Source: Candidatus Poribacteria bacterium (GTDB taxonomy: Bacteria > Poribacteria > WGA-4E > PCPOR2b). Taken from it: a DNA stretch of 64,000 bases. Below, one piece after another: positions 50,537 to 59,812 of the stretch. Where the stretch lies: assembly GCA_965215015.1 (NCBI GenBank), contig OZ244042.1, forward strand, positions 5,312,001-5,376,000, written 5' to 3'. Below the pieces are notes generated by a model. It had not been told where the DNA came from, searched no databases, and saw only the letters and a list, made by a program, of their open reading frames with translations. Position numbers and translations under genes: made by a program. Position 1 is the stretch's first letter. Each line of letters begins with the position of its first letter.

Positions 50537-51170
50537 TCAGAGACTTTGTTTTAGCGTTGCCCATGTCGTTGCTAGCTTGCCACGGGGCTCGACATCAAGA
50601 AACTCGATTCCCGGTGCCAGCATAATTTCTTGGATTTCTTCCGCCGTGAAGGTTCCCTTCCAGATCATCACCTCATCAATGAGACCTTGGAATGAGTCAA
50701 GCATCAGAAGTCGACCGGTCGCGCACAGGAATGCTGTGACACGAAGGACACTCCAAAACCATCTTATCACGCATAATAAGCTGTCCATCCACCCCTCGAT
50801 AATCTGCGGGACGGTAACCCCAATCAAAATGCGCTGCTGGGTACTTTTTCCCTTGTTCGGGACAGCCGTCAGAATCACAATAGCGAAGAACACCTACTCT
50901 TGACGATGGTAAGTCTAATTTCAATTGAGCCATGATCCATCCTTTTGTAACTTTAAAGTAATGATCGGGACGTATCCCGATCAGTTTGAATTTACTTAAC
51001 AAAACACTTAACTAAGCCCGCCGTAACGAAAATAGGTCTTTCGTCGTCCTTCCTTTTACTTCGTCGAAGGGGAAATAGAGGGCTAGTTCCAATCCGCGAC
51101 GCTGTTTTCCGCTGACTAGGGCTGGCATTAGAAACAAAAGGAAGCCCATTATGATTGCCAATGCTTTCAT
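50537..51170 (-). pseudogene. Disrupted LamG gene: N-terminal fragment (51012-51170) and C-terminal fragment (50537-~50695) flanking foreign DNA
   Basis: Manual translation from ATG 51170: MKALAIIMGFLLFLMPALVSGKQRRGLELALYFPFDEVKGRTTKDL..*. C-fragment: FQGLIDEVMIWK...VEPRGKLATTWATLK. Confidence 0.85.
50697..50933 (-). CDS. Small putative Zn-ribbon protein (78 aa)
   Basis: AAAGGA RBS; MAQLKLDL...CDSDGC...CPSC... Confidence 0.5.
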   Translation of the reverse strand: MAQLKLDLPSSRVGVLRYCDSDGCPEQGKKYPAAHFDWGYRPADYRGVDGQLIMRDKMVLECPSCHSIPVRDRSTSDA

Positions 51171-51345
51171 GTTTCGTACCCCCTCTCAGGCAGCCGATCA
51201 CCAATTTTGAGTACTTCCCTACCGTAGAGCCTAGTATTCCGCATTGTCGAAGCCTACCCCAATCCATCGGAGAATTGGAGCCCCGAAAGTGGCTCATAAG
51301 TGTGGCTACATCCCTGACTTTCCGCATTTACAACCAAGCCTGAAC

Positions 51346-51404
51346 TAAAAAAGCCTCCTGATGCTGATAGGAAGTGTATCTGTTTCATATAAACATCAGG
51401 AGGC
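51346..51404 (-). terminator. Terminator-like hairpin after LamG gene, paralogous to 49381-49443
   Basis: Minus strand GCCTCCTGATG...CATCAGGAGGC-TTTTTT. Confidence 0.7.
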
Positions 51405-51439
51405 GAATAATGTTATCCTTGCGGGTTTAAGTTTGTTGA

Positions 51440-52300
51440 TTAGAAACTTCGTCTTAGGGATGCCCATGTTGTGGTGAGCTTCCCACGGGGTTGAACAGCA
51501 AGGAACTCATCCCCCGGTGCCGACATAATCTCTTTGATTTCATCTGGTTCAAAAACTCCCCTCCAAATCATGACTTCATCAAGCGAGCCGTGGAAGAGAT
51601 GTTTGCCCTCGCCGCCCCAACGGGAGGCGATATCGATGGGTCCCGGTGCCGGAATTGCCTTAAAATTTCCGTTGCCGTGACTCCATCCACTGGGACGCTC
51701 TTCGCCATCTACATAGAATTTCATCGTATCTCCCTTGCCTAGAATAGCACTACACGCAACATGCACCCACTGCTTCGTCGGTAAAGGGTCCCCTCTTGCT
51801 GTCTTACGATGCCAGTCTGCGTCTGCTGCATCTCGATAAAACAGCGCGGGATGGCCGGGGTCTTCTATCCGAAAACCGTAATTTGCGTTATTTCCTTCAG
51901 GACGATTGTAGATAACCACAAACTGATTAATTCCAGCCCAGGCCCAATGGTCCGTCTCATTTTTGATCCATGCCATAAGTGTGATTTCCACATTCCCCTG
52001 AAAGGCAAGGCTATCACTTTCTCGGGTTCGGATATTATCAGTACCTTCGGGATCGCCATCTCCATCCTTCATGTTAAACCGCACGGCTTTCCCATATTTT
52101 CCATCAATCCATTCTCCACCCCTTAACCTGCCATCGGCTTCGCTTTCGGACTTGTCCTCCACGGTTCTACCGCCGCCTTCGTCAAGGGGATAATAGAGCA
52201 CTAATTCCAATCCAGGGCGCTGTTTCCCGTTGCCCAACGGGGTAAGGATTAAAAGGACACCTGCTATCAGCAGAACGAAAATCGTTACTTTCATCTTCAT
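51440..52300 (-). CDS. Secreted LamG domain protein
   Basis: LVLYYPLDEG, GKYGKA, ITLMAWI, WVHVA, FYVDG, FHGSLDEV, tail VQPRGKLTTTWASLR. Confidence 0.9.
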   Translation of the reverse strand: MKMKVTIFVLLIAGVLLILTPLGNGKQRPGLELVLYYPLDEGGGRTVEDKSESEADGRLRGGEWIDGKYGKAVRFNMKDGDGDPEGTDNIRTRESDSLAFQGNVEITLMAWIKNETDHWAWAGINQFVVIYNRPEGNNANYGFRIEDPGHPALFYRDAADADWHRKTARGDPLPTKQWVHVACSAILGKGDTMKFYVDGEERPSGWSHGNGNFKAIPAPGPIDIASRWGGEGKHLFHGSLDEVMIWRGVFEPDEIKEIMSAPGDEFLAVQPRGKLTTTWASLRRSF

Positions 52301-52687
52301 TGCTTCCTTTCTCCTTTGCTATTGCTCTGTAGATACGGTTAAGGTTATGGCTTACACAGTTGAACGTTCAAGCCCTCGTAGTTCGGTGATGAATCACCGG
52401 ACCATACGACTCACGCCCCCCTATGTTGACATACGCCCAAAGTTGAAACACTAGGATTCTTGCAAATCCCACGGTTCTAGTATACCACAAAATCCGAATG
52501 GATACAAAACTAAAACAGATTGGTATTCCAAAAATAAAGCCTAGGATTTTAGCCCTAAAGGCGTTTTTTAATAGCAGCCCTCCCCTTGTTTTTTTAGGGT
52601 TCAAGCTGTTGTATGGAGAGTTTGTAATTGAGCCCTAATTGCTTAATCTATAAATTAGGGACGATAGGATTGCTAATGATACATAGG

Positions 52688-53896
52688 TCAATCGTCTGCC
52701 TGCATCAGTTCAACTACACGGTCTAAGATTCGATCAGCGACTTCGCGTTTGGAGAGCAGGGGCAGTTGTTCGCAGTTCCCGCTTTGGTCCAACAGGGTCA
52801 CGATGTTGGTATCCCCTTCAAAACCCGCGCCTTCTGCCAGGACGTCATTGGCTACGATGAGATCGCAGTGTTTCTTGATCAGCTTCTTTTGGGCGTTTTC
52901 CAAAAGGTCATCCGTCTCGGCGGCGAAACCGACTGTAATCTGTCCTTTCCTTTTGCGTTCACCCAGAGCTTGTGCGATATCCGGGTTTTGTTCGAGGGGG
53001 ATGGTCAATTGATCGGCGGTTTTCTTGATTTTGTTCGGGGAGAACGCTTGTGGGCGGTAGTCGGCGACGGCTGCTGCCATCACCACGATGTCGGTCTGAT
53101 CGAAGCGTTCGAGGAGTGCGTTTTGCAGCTCCAGTGTGGTTTCTATATATCGGATTTCGACGCTTGTGGGCGGTGTTGCTGTGGCTGGCCCGCTGATGAG
53201 GAGAACCTCTGCCCCGCGATCTCGTGCCGCTTCGGCGACCGCGTATCCCATTTTTCCGCTGGATCGGTTGCTGATAAAACGCACTGGATCGAGGTATTCC
53301 CGCGTGGGTCCTGCTGTGACAACGACTCGCTTCCCGTTTAGGTCTTTGAGTGTGTTCAGCATTTGCGTGATACGTTCCAAGATGACCTCGACCGTGTTCA
53401 GGCGTCCCATCCCCTGCTTTCCAGAGGCGAGATCGCCGCTGACAGGTTCGACAAATTCCACGCCGTGTGACTGCAATTTTTGGATGTTTGCCGCGACATA
53501 CGGGTTTTCATACATGTGTTGTTCCATCGCGGGCGCGATCAGGATGGGACAGTGGACGGAGATTGCGACGGTGGAGAGCGCGTTGTCGGCGATGCCGTTC
53601 GCTATCTTCCCGATGATGTTTGCCGTGGCGGGGACGATTGCCAGCAGATCGGCTTTGTCTGCGAGATCGATGTGCACCGGCTTCCAGTCGGAACCGAGAT
53701 CGAAGAGGTCAAGTAGCACAGGGTTTCGGGAAATGACCTGAAATTGGATCGGCTGCACCAGGCATGCCGCGTTTTCTGTCATGACTACATACACCGAGTG
53801 CCCCTGCTTCACCAATTGGCTCGCTATATCGATAGATTTATGGATGGCAATTCCGCCGGTAACGCCGAGAATGATGGTCTTATTTTTTTTGTTCAT
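52688..53896 (-). CDS. coaBC: Bifunctional phosphopantothenoylcysteine decarboxylase/ligase
   Basis: LGVTGGIA, PATANII, APAM, VTAGPTREYLDPVRFISNRSSGKMG, AAVADY, GFAAET. Start set at ATG 53896. Confidence 0.95.
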   Translation of the reverse strand: MNKKNKTIILGVTGGIAIHKSIDIASQLVKQGHSVYVVMTENAACLVQPIQFQVISRNPVLLDLFDLGSDWKPVHIDLADKADLLAIVPATANIIGKIANGIADNALSTVAISVHCPILIAPAMEQHMYENPYVAANIQKLQSHGVEFVEPVSGDLASGKQGMGRLNTVEVILERITQMLNTLKDLNGKRVVVTAGPTREYLDPVRFISNRSSGKMGYAVAEAARDRGAEVLLISGPATATPPTSVEIRYIETTLELQNALLERFDQTDIVVMAAAVADYRPQAFSPNKIKKTADQLTIPLEQNPDIAQALGERKRKGQITVGFAAETDDLLENAQKKLIKKHCDLIVANDVLAEGAGFEGDTNIVTLLDQSGNCEQLPLLSKREVADRILDRVVELMQADD

Positions 53897-54027
53897 TATG
53901 CTATCTTCCTGTGCTTTTGACAATATATTGTCTGAATCGGGATTTACAGGATTAGCGGATTTTCAGGATAATCCATTGTGGGGAGATGGAATCGAGGGCG
54001 TATCTCAGATTGCCACTCTCCAGTCGG

Positions 54028-57000
54028 TTACGATGTAAGTGCCGGCAATCCCTCCACAATTGCTACTGTCTCCAAACTGACTGCAATCACCTTCCCGATT
54101 AGCTTGACGATGTACTCTGGATCGTCCGGGCGGTTCGGGTCGTTGAGGATGCTGCTGCGTTTGTCTGTTTTGACGCAATACTGGTTGATTACCCATTCCA
54201 ACGCGGACCGATTCCCAAGCCGATAGTCAAACGCCTGTGCCGGTATCCCGTCGAGGGTTAGGAAGTTGTTGTACTTTATTTGCGTTTTGTCTTTGGACAA
54301 CTTCATCTTCTTCACCCTCCAATCGAGCGGCACCTCACGGTTTTCGATGAATGCGAGCTGATATTCGGGCATCTCCTCATAGCCGATGTGGATTTCCGCC
54401 AACCGTTGTCCCGCTTTGGCAAACCCCCAAAAGTCGGGGGTGTACGGCAGGCGCGGCAGGTCGCGCTTGAGGTTCGCTTGATACCGTTCCCGATAGTCGG
54501 GGTGATGCAAGAGGGCGTAGACGTAATGAAAAATGTCCCACTTGGCGATTTTCTCATCTTGATAATGTGTTCGGAATTGTGTTAACGCCCAATCGGTGAT
54601 GTTTTCGCGGCGGTTTGTTCCGTCCTCGTCGTAGGTGTAAAAGGGGAAGCATTGGGCCTTTTCAAAGGCTAAATCTAAGGTAGGAATCCTGTTTGTTATA
54701 AGACAACCAAAGCCTTTTCTATCACCAATACCAGCAACACAAATCACCCGATTTTCTGTTTCGGCCTCTGGTGTGGGAAAGATAGATGGTAACACATACA
54801 CGCAATTGTTCATAACCCGATCAAAGTAGAGGTTTGATTTTGTGAAAGGACGGTAGAATGAACTTCTCACCTTGTGTTCGGTATATTCGGCGATTCTCTC
54901 TCGTTTTAAGTGCTGTCTTAATTCCCGATCCCACTTGATTTTCTTGTCATCATAAACCACAAAATCATCGACATTTGCGTTCCGATTGACTTGACGTTTC
55001 CATCGATCGACTTCTGCATTGTAGGTATCAATCATACCGCTTATGTTTTCAGCCAAAGCGTTTCGATTAAAGTTGTACGCCCACGCATCGCGATTGGTTT
55101 TAACGCCGTTGCTGAACCTGTGAAAGATTACCTCCATCACCTCACTTTTTTCTGTCTTCGCTTTCTTTGTCCCTATCGGGATAAAGGTTTCAAATTCGGC
55201 GTGGAGCCCCTCTGTCAACCATGTGTGGCGTGTGTCGGGAAGAATGGTCTGCCAATCTAGATTGCCTATATGTCCATACTCATTCAGAAAATCGAACTTT
55301 CGTTTTTTGTTCCATTGGTCATCGGTGCGATAGTAAAAGATACAAGCAGAGACCGAGCCTCCTCTGTTTGTAGTAGGGCGATTCATCGCCCGTCCGTTCT
55401 TCACAAATAGATTAATGCTCACGCCGACCCGTATCCCGAACACATTGGCATCCGAGACCTTCAATCCCTTCCGTGCATTTCCGCCCAAGTCCAAAATATA
55501 AATCGCGTCGAAATCGTCTGCAAGGTGTTTCCGCATTCCGTCAAACGCCACATCACCGAGAAAGCTGTTGTTGGTCACGAAGGCGATAACCCCTTCCTCA
55601 CCAATCCGATCCGATGCCCACCGAATTGCTTTTACATACGGATCGTAGAGTTTACTTTTGAGCGTCGCCTTGGAATCTTTTGCATAGGTTTCTGCAACCC
55701 GTGCGTCCATCGCTGGATATTTCCGATTCCTGTTATTGTCGCTATCGTTGACCTGACCGACGTTATAGGGTGGATTGCCAATAATCACAAACATCGGGGC
55801 CACCTTCTGACTCTCAACGCGCTGGGTGTTCTCCGGCGCGAATAGCGGCAACTGTCGCTCCTCTGCCAGTTCAAACGTATCCACAAGACAGATGCCCTCA
55901 AAGGGACGATACGTGCCTATCGCCTCGTAAAATTCATGCTCGATATTCATTGACGCGATGTAGTACGGCAGCAGCATCACCTCGTTGCAGTGCAATTCTG
56001 TCGTATATTTTTCCGACAGCGCAGTCTTGCGAATTTCGCGCATCGTCCGCACGATAAAATTGCCCGTTCCAACAAACGGGTCGATGATGTGGACACCGGC
56101 ATCGGAGACCGACCGATTAAATTCAGTCTGTAATATCTCCTCAACACTTCTCACCATAAAATTGACAATCGGCTGCGGCGTGTAGACGATACCGTGTGTA
56201 TCGGCGACCTCCACCGAAAAACCTTGAAAAAACTGTTCATAAACGGTGTTGAGAAATCCCTGTTTTTGGGAGAAGTCGTTGATTGTTGCCGCTGTGCGCT
56301 CGATTGCTGCATAGAAAGGGTCAAGGCTACGGAGAAAATCATCGCGGCTAAACGACTGTGAGGTGAGTGCGTCTACTACCTTCTCAATTTCATTGGCGAT
56401 GACATTGCGGCGGGTGAAGTCGGGGTTATCGAAAACGGTGCGGAAGATGCGCTCGGTCAAGAGGTGCTGGATAAGCATCTCCTCGACAGCGGCTTCGGAA
56501 AGATTGGGGTTGATTGATTGCTGACATTTCTCGTAAAAGGCCTTAAATGCCCCGGTAAAGTGGGGGCTGGTCTCCCGTTCCTTTTGGATTAAATCCGCTA
56601 GCTCGCTCCCGATGTCGGGGACTCTGTTCTTAAAATGTGCAACTGCCTCCTCCCATTGGGTGTATTCTGGTGGCCGGTATGCAAAAAAGGTGTCGAGAAT
56701 CTTTATCAGTTGGGTAGGGTCGGTGAGGTCGGCTTGGTGTATCTGCTGACCGTTCTGCCAAAGGTGTGCGCGGTGTGGGGTTTGGAAGAGGATATTGTTG
56801 CGGGGGTATCCTTTTTCCAACTTTCGTCCGATTTCGGTAATCAGGTCGTCGTGGCTATCCTTCGCTTCCCAATAGCCGTGAATCAGGTTAAAATTGTCAA
56901 TCAAGGCACCGTCAACAACAATACGCCTGTTTTGATCTCCAGTCATTGAATATTCAGGGACGAGCGTCCAATCAAACTGGCGTCCACAGGATTCGAGCAG

Positions 57001-57120
57001 AAATTGGAAGGCTGATCGAACGGCGGTTTCGTGCGTGACACCCAATCGAGTGTATCGATCGAGTGCGGTGTAGTAGTCTCTGATGGGTTTGTGAGTGGGT
57101 TTGAGGGTGAGGGTTAGCAT
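54028..57120 (-). CDS. Single-chain restriction-modification enzyme (type IIG/ISP-like: nuclease + N6-adenine MTase + TRD, no helicase)
   Basis: N-terminal VDG...WEAK nuclease motif, GIVYTP, DPFVGTG (motif I), GNPPY (motif IV), ISP-like C-terminus (YRPF, DIFHYVYALLH, YRLGNRSALEWV). Confidence 0.85.
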   Translation of the reverse strand: MLTLTLKPTHKPIRDYYTALDRYTRLGVTHETAVRSAFQFLLESCGRQFDWTLVPEYSMTGDQNRRIVVDGALIDNFNLIHGYWEAKDSHDDLITEIGRKLEKGYPRNNILFQTPHRAHLWQNGQQIHQADLTDPTQLIKILDTFFAYRPPEYTQWEEAVAHFKNRVPDIGSELADLIQKERETSPHFTGAFKAFYEKCQQSINPNLSEAAVEEMLIQHLLTERIFRTVFDNPDFTRRNVIANEIEKVVDALTSQSFSRDDFLRSLDPFYAAIERTAATINDFSQKQGFLNTVYEQFFQGFSVEVADTHGIVYTPQPIVNFMVRSVEEILQTEFNRSVSDAGVHIIDPFVGTGNFIVRTMREIRKTALSEKYTTELHCNEVMLLPYYIASMNIEHEFYEAIGTYRPFEGICLVDTFELAEERQLPLFAPENTQRVESQKVAPMFVIIGNPPYNVGQVNDSDNNRNRKYPAMDARVAETYAKDSKATLKSKLYDPYVKAIRWASDRIGEEGVIAFVTNNSFLGDVAFDGMRKHLADDFDAIYILDLGGNARKGLKVSDANVFGIRVGVSINLFVKNGRAMNRPTTNRGGSVSACIFYYRTDDQWNKKRKFDFLNEYGHIGNLDWQTILPDTRHTWLTEGLHAEFETFIPIGTKKAKTEKSEVMEVIFHRFSNGVKTNRDAWAYNFNRNALAENISGMIDTYNAEVDRWKRQVNRNANVDDFVVYDDKKIKWDRELRQHLKRERIAEYTEHKVRSSFYRPFTKSNLYFDRVMNNCVYVLPSIFPTPEAETENRVICVAGIGDRKGFGCLITNRIPTLDLAFEKAQCFPFYTYDEDGTNRRENITDWALTQFRTHYQDEKIAKWDIFHYVYALLHHPDYRERYQANLKRDLPRLPYTPDFWGFAKAGQRLAEIHIGYEEMPEYQLAFIENREVPLDWRVKKMKLSKDKTQIKYNNFLTLDGIPAQAFDYRLGNRSALEWVINQYCVKTDKRSSILNDPNRPDDPEYIVKLIGKVIAVSLETVAIVEGLPALTS
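55366..55395. repeat. GTAG-REP palindrome inside the R-M coding sequence
   Basis: GTTTGTAGTAGGGCGATTCATCGCCCGTCC, same frame and flanks as the array unit GTTTGTAGTAGCGCAATTCATTGCGCGTCC. Confidence 0.8.
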
Positions 57121-57146
57121 TGTGTTTTTAGGGCAAGCGAAGGTTG

Positions 57147-57650
57147 TTAGAGGTTGTTTGGCTCAGACAGCACTCTCACTAGATTCCGGCTTTTTCCGCA
57201 ATGCCCTACCCGAATCCGCAGATTACTGCCGCGAAAGTTCACATTAAGTTGTTTTGTCCCTCTGGGATTAATCCATTTAATGCCCCGCCCTTGGAACAGG
57301 ATTGGTCTGTAAACGGTTTTCAGAGCCCTCATTCTTGGAGCGATGTTGGCGGCAAAGTTCAAACTGTTTTGCAGCTTTTCAGTTACCTCCGATTGTTCGG
57401 CTTTGCCGCTCTTGAGTTCAATGGGTGCCGCAACGAGGTTGTTTTCAGTGATGTCAATAAAGAAGAGAAGACGGTCACACCGTTTCTCTGTTATGTTGCG
57501 TGAATCGAACTCACGCTCGACATCTATCACAACCCGATGGAAGGGTATATCGGTCATGTCCACACTACAGCCCTCACCTCCACACGAATCGGTAAGACTT
57601 GATTTATCCACCCGTTCCCGGATAGCGTTGAGAACCTTATTCACATTCAA
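57147..57650 (-). CDS. Hypothetical protein with PD-(D/E)xK nuclease-like motif
   Basis: KRCDRLLF...APIELKSG...EKLQNS; overlaps the ATPase stop. Confidence 0.65.
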   Translation of the reverse strand: MNVNKVLNAIRERVDKSSLTDSCGGEGCSVDMTDIPFHRVVIDVEREFDSRNITEKRCDRLLFFIDITENNLVAAPIELKSGKAEQSEVTEKLQNSLNFAANIAPRMRALKTVYRPILFQGRGIKWINPRGTKQLNVNFRGSNLRIRVGHCGKSRNLVRVLSEPNNL

Positions 57651-59109
57651 GTTCGCTCTCGTCTTTCAGTTCCTCAATTCGGTTCTGCAAGCCGGCCCAA
57701 CGGTTGTAAAGGGATTCGGCCACATCCTCATAATCCTCAGGCTCGATGCCTACAATGTGATCGAATTGAATTTCCTTCACCGGCTGATCTTTTTGGAAGT
57801 GCCACGCTCCCACTTCATCCGGTAACAGCCAATCGTTGGTTTCTTTTTTTAGCGCATTTTTTTCCTTGAGCATACCGACACGCACCAAGTTTCCAATCTC
57901 TTGGAGCATGTAGTCGCTATGTGTTGTTACAAGCACCCGTACTCCAGCACGGACCAAGCGAGCGATGGTCTTTGCCATGTCAGCCTGAGCGGCGGGGTGC
58001 AGATGGGCTTCCGGTTCCTCAATAATGAGCGTGTCGCCGGGACGGACGAGCCCGCGGATGAACAGCACAAGGGGAGCGAGTTCAGATACCATTGACGAGG
58101 AACGGGTCAGACTAATGTCCTGTTTAGTTTCTTGGGGACGATAGCGAAATTCTGGGTACCCCGCCGGTGAGGGCTTTATGATTATCTGTCCATTGAGCAG
58201 ATCGTCTTCCAATACATTGGCAATGTGACTGATTCCGTCGTCCGGTTCTGTGCTTTTCCTTAATCTTGCACGTCCTTCGTAGAGTATGAGTTTTTCTATG
58301 AAGTCTGCTACCACGCCCGAAAGGGTCGGAATCTCTGACGCTTCCAAGCCAACGCGGGTAGAACGTGCTACAAGTGAACTTGCTATTACCCGATGGCTCT
58401 GCATGATGCCACTCCGGGCGGCGGGGAGATAGTAAGCTTTTTGTTCACATCTGCGATATTCGGACAAGAGTGCAATGATATCGTCAAAATCAATTAGCGG
58501 AATCGAGGACAACCGATCCGCTGGAAAAATGGTAGCGTTTTCGTTGATCGCTCCATCTATGGCGATTCTTGATTCAGAGACTCCCATTGTCAAAGACCAG
58601 AGGTCCTGGTTCTCCTCACCGACTATCAGTGAAATAGTGATTTCATCGTTTTGGTCCCCGATCGACCGTATTAACCCTGAAACGGAATCGAGGTCGAAAC
58701 AGCGTAGGAGTTTGGTCTTTAGATCTGGTCCGAGGAAGGACGGGGTCCTAAGTTTCGTCTGTGCCCGTTCGCGCACCCCTTGGGGTAGGTCCGAGAATTT
58801 GAAGGGTTGATCCCAGCTTGCCTTGTTGAATGCGTTCAGAAGTTCTTTCTTGTCTACCGGAGGATTGTAATCTAAGCCATACGCTAAGAGCCGTAAGATG
58901 TGCAGCACAGGAAATCCTGAGAATTCCTCAAAGAGGTGGTGCAGCGCGTAGATTAGCATTGAAAGATAGGTCTTACCGGTGTTACTCGGTCCGACAAATA
59001 CCGTTAAGGGGCGAAGGTCGAGATCGGCTTCTGCAATCGGTCCGAAGTTGCGGACTGAGATTTCGACTTTCGGTGTATTGCGGGGTTTTGCCCTGTCATC
59101 TCCGTTCAT
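57637..59109 (-). CDS. ABC-type (AAA_15/AAA_21-like) ATPase
   Basis: NFGPI, GPSNTGKT, LPAARSG, SSSMVSE, IIEEPEAHLHP, VTTHS. Confidence 0.88.
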   Translation of the reverse strand: MNGDDRAKPRNTPKVEISVRNFGPIAEADLDLRPLTVFVGPSNTGKTYLSMLIYALHHLFEEFSGFPVLHILRLLAYGLDYNPPVDKKELLNAFNKASWDQPFKFSDLPQGVRERAQTKLRTPSFLGPDLKTKLLRCFDLDSVSGLIRSIGDQNDEITISLIVGEENQDLWSLTMGVSESRIAIDGAINENATIFPADRLSSIPLIDFDDIIALLSEYRRCEQKAYYLPAARSGIMQSHRVIASSLVARSTRVGLEASEIPTLSGVVADFIEKLILYEGRARLRKSTEPDDGISHIANVLEDDLLNGQIIIKPSPAGYPEFRYRPQETKQDISLTRSSSMVSELAPLVLFIRGLVRPGDTLIIEEPEAHLHPAAQADMAKTIARLVRAGVRVLVTTHSDYMLQEIGNLVRVGMLKEKNALKKETNDWLLPDEVGAWHFQKDQPVKEIQFDHIVGIEPEDYEDVAESLYNRWAGLQNRIEELKDESELECE

Positions 59110-59173
59110 GTTAATTTTCCTTTTCGTTGATGCCGGGGTACTGTGGAAAGGGGGTTTTCAGCTATGCGTTCTG

Positions 59174-59812
59174 CTATTGGGGAGTAGAAAACTCTTGAGA
59201 GATTACATCGAGAAGCTGCCCGTCAATTCGACAGCGTTCTGCGGAGATGACGTGGCGAATTTGAGTCGCAGCTTTCTTGACATTATGGTCCGGATTCACG
59301 ATACAGTAGTTGTAGTCTACAATATAAGCGAACTCTGATTTCGCTGTTAGCAAACGCTGTTGAAGTTCCGAATCAGATTCTGTCCTGCGGTTGCGAAGCC
59401 GCTTCTCTAAACTTTCAAGGGAGGGAGGTAAGAGAAAGATGCTGGTGCACCGGATGTCAAGGTTTTTTATCTTTTTCGCCCCGTGCACATCAATTTCTAA
59501 AATCAAATCCTTACCGCTTTCGATGGTTGATTCTATCGTGGATTTTAGGGTGCCGTAGTAGTGTCCGCCATATTTCACCCACTCTAGAAAACCTCCCCCC
59601 TGAATCAGGGCTTCAAATTTGGTTTGGTCTAAAAAATGGTAGTCGACACCATCAGTTTCATTGGAGCGGGGTGGACGAGTCGTTGCGGAGATCGAAAACT
59701 CTAATGTTGTATCGACTTTACAAAGTTCTTTGATAACACTGGTTTTGCCGGTTCCAGAGGGGCCCGATATAACAATGAATAATCCCTTTCGGGATGGTCG
59801 ATTATTCCACAT
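59174..59812 (-). CDS. gmk: Guanylate kinase
   Basis: SGPSGTGKT, SISATTRPPR, GVDYHF, YYGT, LEIDVHGA. Confidence 0.95.
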   Translation of the reverse strand: MWNNRPSRKGLFIVISGPSGTGKTSVIKELCKVDTTLEFSISATTRPPRSNETDGVDYHFLDQTKFEALIQGGGFLEWVKYGGHYYGTLKSTIESTIESGKDLILEIDVHGAKKIKNLDIRCTSIFLLPPSLESLEKRLRNRRTESDSELQQRLLTAKSEFAYIVDYNYCIVNPDHNVKKAATQIRHVISAERCRIDGQLLDVISQEFSTPQ

